Part shown: positions 36,440-48,702 of the stretch, in pieces
Layout of the letters: each line of letters begins with the position of its first letter
Numbering within the stretch: position 1 is the first letter of the stretch
Origin: Octopus sinensis
Taxonomy: Eukaryota
Direction of reading: 5' to 3'
Assembly (NCBI RefSeq): GCF_006345805.1
Contig: NW_021835959.1
Span: 112,005 to 176,004 of the forward strand
Length of the DNA stretch: 64,000 nt
Made by a program: the position numbers and the translations under genes
The notes under the pieces: model-generated
Told to the model about the DNA's origin: nothing
The model's database searches: none
What the model saw: only the letters and a program-made list of their open reading frames with translations

Positions 36440-37120
36440 CGAGCTGGCAGAAACGTTAGAATGTCAGGCGAAATGCTTAGCAGTATTTCGTCTGTCTTTA
36501 TGTTCTGAGTTCAAATTCCGCCGAGGTTGACTTTGCCTTTCATTCTTTCGGGGTTGATAAATTAAGTACCAGTTGCATATTGAAGTCGATCTAATTGACT
36601 GGCCCCTTCCTTCAAAATTTCAGGCCTTGTGCCTAGAGTAGACGCTGAGGTTAACTTTGCCTTTCATCCTTTCGGGGTTGATAAATTAAGTACCAGTTGC
36701 ATACTGAAGTCGATCTAATCGACTGGGCCCTTCCTCCAAAATTTTAGGCCTTGTGCCTAGAGTAGAAAAGAATAACTGTTTAAATGAGGTTAAAAGTTTT
36801 TGTGTTCTTCTGAATAGCTAATATGTCTCCCACAGGGTGGTGAGCTGGCAGAATTGTTAGCACGCTGGGCAAAATGCTTGGTAGTATTACATCCATCTTA
36901 AAATTCTGAGTTCAAATGTTGCCTAGGTCAACTTTGCCTTTCATCCTTTCAGGGTTGATAAAATAAGTACCAGATGAGTACTGGGGGTCAATGTGCTAGG
37001 TTTACTCCCCTTCGAGATCACTAAAATAAGTACCAGCTGAGCACTGGGGTCAGAGTAATTGACTCACTCTCTCCCTTCCATAAAATTACTGGCCTCATAC
37101 CAAAATTTGAAACCAATATG
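36440..37120 (+). mobile_element. Cluster of SINE-B/B2 units
   Basis: Heads at ~36440 and ~36838, each followed by a second headless unit. Confidence 0.8.
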
Positions 37121-37159
37121 TCTTTTACACTGTAATTGTGTGTGTGTGTGTGCGTGCGT

Positions 37160-37400
37160 GTATGAGATTGCTCATTGATATTGGTAACCTGTATTCCAGT
37201 ACAACCTGTCGCATGGTCAGGCTGTCTGTGGTTGAACCAGCAATCCTGTCAACACTGCTTGGTAAGAAATGTGATTTTGATTCAGCACTCTGCAGGATGG
37301 AAAACAAACACTCACAACAGATGGATGAATTCAGTAGAGTCAATAGCCATCCATCAACTGGGAATGAAAGGCCACTGGTCATTGTTTAGACATCTCTATA
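37160..37400. other. Candidate exonic segment
   Basis: Unique, higher-GC segment with three of six frames open for over 80 codons and good splice signals on both strands; product unrecognised. Confidence 0.25.
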
Positions 37401-37490
37401 GGAAAAGGAAAACTCAGATGTAACACTAATGACTTCATTTGTATCCAATGGTGTACATTTCTTCATTTTCTGGGAACAAAAGTGTACATA

Positions 37491-37842
37491 ATTTACATTA
37501 TTTACATTTGATAGATATTTGTCCTCATCTTGTTTGCTGATATACCCTCCAGCCTTCATCAGGTGTCTTGGGGAAATTTCGAAACTGGGTTTTCATTCCT
37601 ATTCTCATTCGAAGTTATTATTATTATTCTCATTCTCATTCGATGTTGTTGTTGTTATTATTATTATTATTGTTATCATTATTATTATCATTATTATTAT
37701 TTAAGGTCATTGCCTGGAATCAAACTCAGAATCTTGGGGTTAGTAGCCCGCGCTCTTAACCACTACGCCATATGCCCATAGACATATGGCATAGTGGTAC
37801 ATAATTATGTACATAATTCCTCATCTCTAAAATATAGAAGTG
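37491..37842 (-). mobile_element. Composite retroposon: tRNA-like head, (AAT)n spacer, truncated hammerhead, AT-rich tail
   Basis: 13-bp direct repeat AAAAGTGTACATA at 37478-37490 and 37843-37855; A-box TGGCGTAGTGG; B-box GAGTTTGATTCC; ACAC CTGATGA A GGCTG...CAGC. Confidence 0.75.
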
Positions 37843-38427
37843 AAAAGTGTACATAGTTTAGAAAGTGTAATTGGTGCTGTGCAAGGACTTTCCTTACTTT
37901 AACCCATTAGCATTCAGACTCCTTTTATCAAATGTAATACTTATATATTTATATTTTATAAAATTAATCCTCAATTATCTTGTAGCTTTGAGATTTTGAA
38001 GATGTGATTGTGTAGTTTTTTAATGACATTGTTGTGTAGGTGTGAGAAGCCAGATCTTGTCAGTTTGAACATAAAACAGATAGAATATTTCAGGTGGATA
38101 TGGCCAGTTTAAATGCTACAGGGTTACAAAGCTTCAGGTACAAATCAAATATCACTTGATTTTTAATGTCTATATTATGTTGCATTCTATGGCTGGCCAT
38201 AGTATAAAAAAGACAAAACACTCAATGAGAGATTCTATGATAGAATGAAGGCTTGTTGTTGTCAGTGTGGGTGTCCATCTTTGCCACATCTGAGCAAAAC
38301 AGTGTTGGTCCTTAGCAAAGTGAAAAGCCACTTCTATGGTGGTTTAAGAGAACATTGAGGTGAGAGCATTGCTTGAGATTAAGTTGCAGCTATCATATAC
38401 ATGTGAACATGCATGCACACATACACG

Positions 38428-38464
<37 letters not shown>

Positions 38465-38486
38465 TATATTATATGTAAATATATCT

Positions 38487-38812
38487 CCTTTACTCTTTTA
38501 CTTGTTTCAGTCATGTGACTGTGGCCATACTGGAGCACCGCCTTTAGTCGAGCAAATCAACCCCAGGACTTATTCTTTGTAAGCCTAGTACTTATTCTAT
38601 TGGTATCTTTTGCCGAACCGCTAAGTTGTGGGGATGTAAACACACCAGCATTGGTTGTCAAGCGATGTTGAGGGGATACACAAACATATACACACACATA
38701 CATATATATATATGTATGTATATACGATGGGCATCTTTCAGTTTCCGTCTACCAAACCCACTCACAAGGCTTCGTAAGCAAGCTACTTACCACACAGCCA
38801 CTCTTATGCCTA
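38487..38812 (-). mobile_element. SINE family A (internally deleted)
   Basis: Family match. Confidence 0.87.
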
Positions 38813-38902
38813 TAAATATATATAAAGAGAACACAAATGGTGTTTAAAATTTATGATAGCTGTTTCAGTAGAATTTTATAGATGTAGTCATAAATTACAT
38901 CA

Positions 38903-39140
38903 TCTATAATAATAAATGTGAAATTCTGTCTGTCCGGGACCTCTCTATCTCTATCAGTCTATATTTGCTCTACAAAGACACATTATACCTCCTTGAAATC
39001 AGGATGATCCTGAGATTGAAAATCTGTCTTTCATTTGGATCTTGAACATCCAGCATTAGGATCTGATTTAAAAGCATTTGGGTTGCTATTTCTAGCAGGT
39101 AAAGCTTGGCTGATTCACACCATCTTGGTTGGCATTTGTC
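38903..39140 (+). mobile_element. Repeat family with Helitron-like 5' end
   Basis: Starts A|TCTATAATAATAAATG..TCTGTCTGTCC; second copy at 63790-64000 also starts A|TC; no 3' CTAG/hairpin seen. Confidence 0.45.
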
Positions 39141-39185
39141 AGATGATATCCAAGATCAAGGGACAGATAAATGACATTCACTTCT

Positions 39186-39595
39186 CTTTTATTCTTTTAC
39201 TTGTTTCAGTCATTTGACTGCAGCCATGCTGGAACACCGCTTTTAGTCGAGCAAATTGACCCCAGGACTTATTCTTTGGAAGTCTAGTACTTATTCTATT
39301 GGTCTCTTTTGCCGAACCGCTAAGTTATGGGGACATAAACACACCATTATCGATTGTCAAGTGATGATGGCGGGGACAAACACAGACACACAAACATATA
39401 CACACACATACATATGTATATACATATATACAACTGGCTTCTTTCAGTTTCCATCTACCAAATTCACTCATAAGGCTTTGGTTGGCCTGAGGCTATAGTA
39501 GAAGACACTTGCCCAAGGTGCCACAGAGTGGGAATGAACCTGGAACCATATGGTTGGTAAGCAAGCTACTTACCACACAGCCATTCCTGTGCCTA
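39186..39595 (-). mobile_element. SINE family A, full length
   Basis: Family match. Confidence 0.88.
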
Positions 39596-39856
39596 ACTTT
39601 GTTAATTTTATGTCAAGATAAGAACTTTGGTACAAATTGGCCAACAGTTGGAACTCAAATTCAGGCTGGAACCATAGAATGATTGCATTACAGAATTAAT
39701 TCTCATCCATCCTTAACCTCTGATCAAGCGCCATTGAGATATATAGTCATTATAGACGTATTATAGTCATGCTATTTAGCCCTCTTCAGTTTGAAGAACT
39801 AACTTAAAAGTCCACACCAAGTGCAGCTTTTAAGTTAGTCTATTATAATTCCATTC

Positions 39857-40218
39857 GTGGAGGCACAATGGCCCAGTGGTTAGGGCAGCGGACTCGTGGT
39901 CATAGGATCGCGGTTTCGATTCCCAGACCGGGCGTTGTGAGTGTTTATTGAGCGATAACACCTAAAGCTCCACGAGGCTCCGGCAGGGGATGGTGGTGAT
40001 CCCTGCTGTACTCTTTCACCACAACTTTCTCTCACTCTTACTTCCTGTTTCTGTTGTACCTGTATTTCAAAGGGCCGGCCTTGTCACTCTCTGTGTCACG
40101 CTGAATATCCCCGAGAACTACGTTAAGGGTACACGAGTCTGTGGAGTACTCAGCCACTTACACGTTAATTTCACGAGCAGGCTGTTCCGTTGATTCGTAA
40201 CCAACGGAGTGCTTCCAC
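39857..40218 (+). mobile_element. SINE family C
   Basis: TSD AATTCCATTC at 39847-39856 and 40219-40228; ~25 bp shorter near the 3' end than the 4184 copy. Confidence 0.9.
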
Positions 40219-40421
40219 AATTCCATTCACATCTTTCTCTCTCTCTCTCTGCTGTTTATCTTTCATAGTCATTTGAGCACCACCCACTAACCATCCTTCT
40301 TATGAAATATGGCTGTCTATGACACTGAAATCTACATCAGGTATATTTCAATATTTTCGGTTTATCTTTATGTTAATTTTTATAGTGCAGGTGAGTTTGA
40401 TTATGTTTCGTTCATACCTAC

Positions 40422-40609
40422 ATGTAGTTGTGAGTACAAGATCTGCATGGTAAATTCTTTGAGATGACATTAAGGTGACATACATTGTTGGATATAAGTT
40501 CTTCCTGTTGAGGTAAGCTCTTGTACATGACGACACCTTTTGTTTCAATATCTCTCACAGTTAGTTTCGGTGATTCATAGCAGGTGTTGGTAAAGCAGTC
40601 ACTAATAAT
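40422..40609 (-). other. Candidate coding exon (188 nt)
   Basis: CACCATAG acceptor, 62 open codons IISDCFTNTCYESPKLTVRDIETKGVVMYKSLPQQEELISNNVCHLNVISKNLPCRSCTHNY, donor AT|GTAGGT; could be chance. Confidence 0.25.
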
Positions 40610-41056
40610 CTATGGTGCTATGCAAGGGGTTCATAAATACCTGTGATGATTTTGTGTATTAGGGTATTGAATTATTAACAAATCGAACCTGAAAGAATTT
40701 AGTAATTCAAGATTAAAAACTCATTAATTTCTAGCCAAATATCAATGAAATATTTCTCATTAAAAAGTATTAATGAAACAAAACAACAAAAGTATTATTG
40801 CTTTTAAGTCATGAAATTTCTTTATTAATTATACATTATCAATTAGGCTTTAATTTATAAATTTATATGTCAGGGTCAATGAGTTATCATCAATTCCATG
40901 AAGTGTTCGGTGAAATTTTGCATATAATGCCTGGTTTATATGCATATTAAATTGTCTCTAGTAACATATAATTTACCATCTTCAGGTAAAATTTTAATTA
41001 GGTAAGATGTCAAACATGAAATTTCATATGCTGAACATGATGAATCTAAATTTCTA

Positions 41057-41345
41057 AAGCTTGCTTCCCAACAACATGGTTCCGGGTTCAGACTCACAGC
41101 ATGGTACCTTAGGCAAGTGTCTTTTGCTACTGCCTCGGACTGATCAAAGCCTTGTGAGTGGATTTGGTAGACAGAAACTGAAAGAATAAGGCGGTGAGCA
41201 AACAGAAATGTTAGCATGCTGGGCGAAATGCTTAGCGGTATTTCGTCTGCGGCTACGTTCTGAGTTCAAATTCCGCCAAGGTTGACTTTGCCTTTCATCC
41301 ATTTGGGGTCAATTGAATATGTACCGGTTACGCACTGAGGTTGAT
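41057..41345. mobile_element. SINE-A head (minus, 41057-41187) adjacent to SINE-B (plus, 41188-41345)
   Basis: Family matches. Confidence 0.8.
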
Positions 41346-41387
41346 ATCTATGTCTGTGTGTGTTTATGTATACGTGTGTGTGTATAT

Positions 41388-41794
41388 ATCATCATCATCA
41401 TCATCATCGTTTAATGTCCACTTTCCATGCTAGCATGAGTTGGACGATTTGACTGAGGGCTGGCGAACCAGATGGCTGCACTGGGCTCCAGTCTTGATCT
41501 GGCAGAGTTTCTACAGCTGGATTCCCTTCCTAGCGCCAACTACTCTGAGAGTGTAGTGGGTGCTTTTACATGCCACCGGCATGGGGGCCAGTCAGGCGGT
41601 ACTGGCAATGACCTCACTCGAATCTTTTTACACATGCTACCGGCACAGGTTCCAGTGGTAAGGCGACACTGGTAATGATCATACTCGAATGGTGCCTTTT
41701 ACGTGCCTCTGGCTCAGAAGCCAGTTAGCCGCTCTGGCAACGATCACGCTCGGATGGTGCTCTTAGCACCCTACTAACACAGGGCACAAGTGCC
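41388..41794 (-). mobile_element. RTE 3' UTR fragment
   Basis: (ATC)n tail followed by the reverse complement of the 30130-30612 type sequence. Confidence 0.8.
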
Positions 41795-42621
41795 ATATAT
41801 ATATATATATAGATCAAAGGTGAAAAACAACAAATGGAAATCATCCAAACATAACAAGCAGGAAAAGGATGATAGCACAGCAACAGCAAACAAGACAAAA
41901 CAAGATACATGGATCATTCGCAACCAATTACTTCTTCAGTCGGAGTCTAGAATGTCTACATAGTTTTGCTCATTTTTCTCAGATACTACTCGAAACCAGT
42001 TGGGCCTATGAGTTAAGCTGAGGGCATTAAGCCTCTGAGCAAGGCAAACGAATGTACATATACAAACACAAGGAAATAACAAACAGAAAGGGTCTTTCAA
42101 ATATTGGATGAACGTAACATAAGAAATAGAATTATACGTATACAATGGACAAAAGCCTTTCGGCTATACAACAAAATTACAACAAAACAAAATAGAGTCT
42201 TTCGACTATCAGACAGTGTAGTATGTGAGCACAAAGGAGCAAAACAGTGGGAAAGTCTTACTGACTGGGTGGCAAGACAGAACAAGACAGCGTAGTAAGC
42301 TAGCACAGGGAAAAAGGAAATGAAAAAAAATCTTACTGACTGGGTGGTGAGACAAAAACAGAATAGATGCGACTGACCTCAAAGGTGGTCAGCCGAAATA
42401 GGACAACAATGCATAAAACGGACAGCGATCGTGTGGTAGAGGAGGGGAGGAGTTGAAGAAAGCCAAGGGGTAAATTTTTGTGTAAACACCCGCATGATTT
42501 TCACTAAGAAAAAACAAAAACTTGGATTTTTTGCGGAATCAAGTACCATCAACCCTTGATTCCATGCAAAAAATCTGAATATATACACATGTATACATAA
42601 ACACACACACACATACACACG

Positions 42622-42652
<31 letters not shown>

Positions 42653-43554
42653 ATACATGTAATAATGTTTTATTTAAAGTAGTAAGGTTGATGGCGACAA
42701 TAGGAGTAATAATAAGAGAGATAGTGGGTAAGAGAAAGGGGAGATAATGTACAACTTTCCTGGACAGAAATTCCTGTGGCCAGCATACTGAACCAACTAC
42801 TGAACACTATCATTTTTGGTTCAGTTTTTGCTTTCTTTAATACATACACATGCATACACACACATATATGAAATACACTTTAATTGAAGTACAGTTTCCC
42901 CCAAATTAAACATCTAATAAAATAAATGCAGAAACTAATTTCTGTGTCAGTGTATCACACTTAGGCCCCCTCTCCAACTATTCAATGATGCTCCTGCTAT
43001 TCCTCATGATGGGGTGAGAGTAATGGTAGGCATAGAGACAGTCAAGACAGAGAGAGAAAGAGAGAGAGAGAGAGAGACGGAGAGAAAGAGAGAGTGAGAG
43101 ATGGAGAGAAAGATAGTCAAAGAAATTTAGGGAGAGTTGATGTTTTATTAAAAGTAGTAGTGTTGATGGTGGCAGTGGGAGTCATAATAAAAGAGGGTGA
43201 TGATGTGACATGTCTCTTTGACAAAAATTGCTGTCACCAACATACTGAATTCTATCATTTTAGTGATGACCTCTCCCCATCCTAAAAGAGGTCATCATCA
43301 TTGAACTCATATTTCATGCCAGTATCTATACAATGGTAAAAAAACTAAATGAATAAATGAGTGGTAAAAAACATTCCAAATGGAAAAGAAATCCATCGCT
43401 TTCCCTCTCTACCTATCTATCTGTCTCTCTCTCTATATGTCTATCTATCTATCTGTCTAACTATCTATCAATCATCTACCTACCTACTTACCTACCTACC
43501 TACCTACCTACTTACCTATCTATCTACCTATTTATCTATCCATCTATCTATCTA

Positions 43555-43622
<68 letters not shown>

Positions 43623-43639
43623 TCTATTTATCTATCATC

Positions 43640-44081
43640 GGTAGTTTTTGGTTATCTCACCCCCATTAAAAAATTGGGTTATCTCCACAAGTTTTATGAG
43701 AAATATTGGTACTTTTGGTTATCTCCCACATCTTAAAACAATGCTTAACTCTCAATAAAACAAACAAAAAAAAAAACAAAAACAAAAGTGAAATGATGAA
43801 ATGTGTTATTGAATCTGATAATATTTTTATAACAAATCATACAAAACTGATAAAGATTAATAAACATGAAAACTGGAAGAATTAAACATCTTATTGAATC
43901 TGATAACATTTTTATAACAAATCATACCATGCCACGGTTAACAAATCATACCATGCCATGGTTCCAGGTTCAGTCCCACTGAATGGCACCTTGGGCAAGT
44001 GTCTTCTACTATAGCCTCGGACCAACCAAAGCCTTGTGAGTGGATTTGGTAGATGGAAACTGAAAGAAGCCCATCATATGT

Positions 44082-44137
<56 letters not shown>

Positions 44138-44494
44138 ATATGTTTGTGTGTCTGTGTTTGTTTCCCCAACATCGCTTGACAACCGATGCTGGTGTGTTTA
44201 CGTCCCTGTAACTTAGCGGTTCGGCAAAAGAGACCGATAAAATAAGTACTAGGCTTACAAAGAATAAGTCCTGGGGTCGATGTGCTCGACTAAAGGTGGT
44301 GCTCCAGCATGGCCACAGTCAAAATGACTGAAACAAGTAAAAGAATATGACTATTGAGGAGGCCAAACATCACCAATGTGTTAAAGTATTGAATCAAAAG
44401 GATCTAATTCTTTTAATCCAATCTCTCGTGGCCACATTAACTCAATTTTTTCAATGGCAATTTTTTAATGGGGGTGAGATAACCAAAAAGTACC
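43640..44494. mobile_element. MITE with 37-bp GGTAC-type TIRs and a nested SINE-A (43957-44346)
   Basis: GGTA(G/C)TTTTTGGTTATCTCACCCCCATTAAAAAATTG at 43640-43676, inverted at 44458-44494; sits inside (TATC)n so the TSD cannot be read. Confidence 0.8.
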
Positions 44495-44568
<74 letters not shown>

Positions 44569-44839
44569 GTCTGTCTCCTCCTCTATCTTTTCTCTCGTCA
44601 AAGACAATATTCCTTTCCTTCAGTGCTCGCTACCTTACTTCATCTCAGAAAATAATTAAAAATTCACATTTTTTATCAAATTATTTTGTTATATTTGTCT
44701 ATCTATCCAACTGTAAACATTCGGGGCATTTTGTTGTTTTTGTAAAATCTCAGAAAATAATTAAAAATTAAAAATTCACATTTTTTATCAAATTATTTTG
44801 TTATATTTGTCTATCTATCCAACTGTAAACAGTCGGGGC

Positions 44840-45180
44840 ACGCTGGCATCGGCCACGTTCGGATAGTGCTTTTTATGTGCCACCGGCACAGGCATCATAA
44901 CTACTATTTCCATTGATATTTATTTCGACGTTCATGTTCATGTTCATGTACTTGACTCAACAGGTCTCCTCAAGCACAGCGGAACGTTCTGGGATCCGGG
45001 GTACTTTGAATGGGCAGGGGCTATGTGGAACTGATGCAGGAAGCAGCCTGGGTCTTTGCAGTCACAGCATATCTCCAGAGATCTTGGTCCTTCGCCATTG
45101 CCCCAGTGAAGCCCAACGCTCTGAGGTCATGCTTGACTACCTCATCCCCCTGATACCTTCAACTGTTTGGGAGTGGCACT
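44840..45180 (-). mobile_element. RTE LINE 3' fragment
   Basis: Minus reads DEVVKHDLRALGFTGAMAKDQDLWRYAVT, homologous to 29885-30030. Confidence 0.8.
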
Positions 45181-45653
45181 TCTTCACATATATATATATA
45201 TATATATATATCACCATGAGTCAAACAAGATATATTTTATCTGAAGTCATATACATATATGTATGTTTATATACATGGGCTTTGTAGAACAAACAGAAGA
45301 ACAGAACTCCATACATTAGTATACATATATACACACAACCCATGTAAATATACACACTTGTATGGGCATCTGTAAGTGTATATTTGTCCTTGTGTATGTG
45401 TGTGTGTACATATCATCATCATCATCCACTTCTCCATGTTTTGTATGGATCAGACAAAATTTGTCAAAGCAGATTATCTATGGTTGGAAGTTCTTCCTGT
45501 CCTCAACCTTCACCAGTTTCGAAGCAAGATGATATTTTCCCATAGCTAGACATGCTTTCCACAGAAGACTGGAAGCAAACAACCTCTCTTGTAAAACAAT
45601 GATGATCATTTACAACCATCACATGCATACACACATACATGAATGCACACACG

Positions 45654-45699
<46 letters not shown>

Positions 45700-46228
45700 C
45701 ACACATACAAGCACACACATGCACACATGCCCACACACATATACATGCACACGCCTTTATACATACACACACGCACACATACACCCACAGAAACACACCC
45801 ACCCACACATGCTCACATGCACGTATATGATGGACTTTCAGTTTCTGCCCACCAAATTCATTCACAATGCCTTGGCTGGCCTGGAATCAGAGTAGAAAAT
45901 ACTTGCCCAAGGTGTTGTGCAGTGGGACTGAACCCAAACCCCTTATCCACAACAAAAAAACCCATGTTATCACATGACTTCAAATAAGCCAGTTTGAGAA
46001 GTACACGTACGTCTACACTATCGTGATACAATAGAATTAAAAGCCTATAAGTGCTTTAATGATTTCAAGTACATCGAGTGCTTGAGTTAAGTATAACAGG
46101 CATAGCTTGACAATTGCATCTCATATGCCATCAGCATTATTTGTAGCATATTCTAACAAGTCCTTGCTGTGTGGTTTAAAACTATCTTAGATGTTACATT
46201 TAAACCAGGATATATATAAACGTATATA

Positions 46229-46616
46229 TCTTTATACATAAAAGTAAGGTTGTGTGTCTGTCTCCTACGATTTAGATTCCTAACTACTCCCACATTTTGC
46301 GGTGCAGTTTAACCAAAACCAGGTATCTTATAGTCGTGATTCATATCGAGCCCTTCTTGGAATTAGCACGCGTCTACGATGAGTCTACGATTTTAAAAAA
46401 AATTTACCATAATTTTTTTTCCATTTTAATGCATTTTTTTCGCTATTATATAAGGGAAGTAACTCTCTAAAAATGTCTACGATGAGTCAATGATTTAAAA
46501 AAAAATTTACCATCATTTTTTTCCATTTTTAATGCATTTTTTTGCTATAACTCTCTAAAAATGCTTATATAGTTATTTCCCTTACAAACCCGAGCAACGC
46601 CGGGCGATACTGCTAG
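46229..46616 (+). mobile_element. Complete non-autonomous Helitron
   Basis: A|TC start, subterminal hairpin CCCGAGCAACGCCGGG, CTAG|T end, no TSD, internal duplication. Confidence 0.9.
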
Positions 46617-46744
46617 TATATATATAAATATAAATATATATCTATATGTACGCATGTATTATTATTTTTTCAAAGATACTGATAAGTTATTTGAATTCCG
46701 AATATATACATACGTACATACATACATACATATATATATATACT

Positions 46745-47013
46745 AATAGTAATGGTATGACAACAAAAAAATGAATGAGACTTCGATATTATGTAAATAG
46801 AGGAATGTATCTGTAATATAATATGTGACAATTATTTGGTTGCCATAATAAAACTCCAAGTTTCGGATGTTGGGGTGGAAATCTGCTCCGGCATCTCGTC
46901 AGTTATCGAGGCAGGCAACTGACGAGATGCCAGAGCAGATTTCCGCCCCAACATCTGAAACTCAGAGTTTTATTATGGCAACCAAATAACTGTCACATAT
47001 TATATTACAGATA
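46745..47013. mobile_element. Penelope-like inverted pLTR pair with hammerhead-like core in each arm
   Basis: ~97-bp arms at 46808-46904 and 46917-47013; each arm carries CTGACGA GATG...CATC(T/C) GAAA CT..AG TT. Confidence 0.7.
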
Positions 47014-47299
47014 TATATATAAAAGAGTGTATAAAGATTTATGCACAGTGAGGAGACCCTTGATTGGACTCCTTACATGCTAAAAAGGGCAGTCAAAGCT
47101 CAAACCACGAGAAAAAGAATTCATAAGGCACACTGTTCATGACATAGTGTGAACAAAAAATGAATTAGTTAATCCTGTACCCAAGTTTCACTTTTAATAG
47201 CCAAATAAATTAATTTTAATTTATTACCCTCATATTTGGGTAAGTGTGTTCTACTATAGCCTCAGGCCAACCAAAGCTTTGTGAGTGGATTTGATAGAT

Positions 47300-47320
47300 G
47301 GAAAATGAAAGAAGCCCGTC

Positions 47321-47362
<42 letters not shown>

Positions 47363-47383
47363 GACGGGCTTCTTTCATTTTCC
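47300..47383. repeat. Perfect fold-back of a SINE-A segment centred on (AT)n
   Basis: GGAAAATGAAAGAAGCCCGTCATG-(TA)n-CATGACGGGCTTCTTTCATTTTCC. Confidence 0.95.
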
Positions 47384-47495
47384 CTTTCATATATATATAT
47401 GTACCCATTGATGTGGATGTATATGTATACTCTAGTATATATATTTGATTATCTGTAACCTTATGTGCATGTATATTATTATATATATACTTATA

Positions 47496-47564
<69 letters not shown>

Positions 47565-47572
<8 letters not shown>

Positions 47573-48166
47573 TCAATATAGGGTGGCAAAAAATTTTGTA
47601 GAATTTTTTTGCCACCAGCGGCCTAGTGGGAAAAAATTAAATAGTCATAGACCATTTTTAAGTTCAACATCACAATCAAGGAACGGCCATAATAGGCCAT
47701 TCACCCACTAGAAATAACAGCCAAAGCTTCAACCGCAAAATAACATTAATTCCGTAAACCAGGAGAAAATTAAAAAACATTTACCCTGTAATTTCTTATA
47801 CGATGCACAGTTTCATCTACTGTTTAATGGTAAACTAACCTGATTAAATTAAATCAAGCCAATCTTCCATAGGCCCTTAGATTCGTCAGTAAGAAATAGC
47901 CAGATCGGAACAGATATTTTCACGAGGCATTTCTGTCCCTGCCTCGGCAATATCTGACCTAAAATTTTCAAATCATTGCACTCGCGCCAAATTTATCGGC
48001 AGCAAATAAATATAAGCCGCCGATTCCATTACGGAATTAACCAGAAAATTCATAATTAATCAATATAGGGTGGCAAAAAATTTTGTAGAATTTTTTTGCC
48101 ACCAGCGGCCTAGTGGGAAAAAATTAAATAGTCATAGACCATTTTTAAGTTCAACATCACAATCAA
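47565..48166. repeat. 115-bp identical direct repeats offset by 487 bp
   Basis: 47565-47679 equals 48052-48166. Confidence 0.9.
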
Positions 48167-48319
48167 CTGGCTCCACTCCCCCAAAATTTCAGGCCTTGTA
48201 CCTAGAGTAGAAAACAATATTGTAGGGCATGTGTGAGAGGCCGAATCTGGCTAGTTTGAAGACAAAAAATATATATATATATATACATATGTATATATAT
48301 ATATTATTTATGTTATATA

Positions 48320-48702
48320 TACTCTTTTACTTGTTTCAGTTATTTGACTGCGGCCATGCTGGAGCACCGCCTCTAGTCGAGCAAATCGACCCTGGGACTT
48401 ATTCTTTGTAAGCCCAGTACTTATTCTATCGGTGTCTTTTGCCGAACCGCTAAGTGACGGCGACGTAAACACACTAGCATCGGTTGTCAAGCAATGTTAG
48501 GGGGACAAACACAGACACACACACATATATATATATATATATACGACAGGCTTCTTTCAGTTTCCGTCTACCAAATCTACTCACAAGGCTTTGGTTGGCC
48601 TGAGGCTATAGTAGAAGACACTTGCTCAAGATGCCGGGACTGAACCCAGAACCATGTGGTTGGTAAGCAAGCTACTTACCACACGGCCACTCCTGCGCCT
48701 AT
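48320..48702 (-). mobile_element. SINE family A, full length
   Basis: Family match. Confidence 0.9.
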
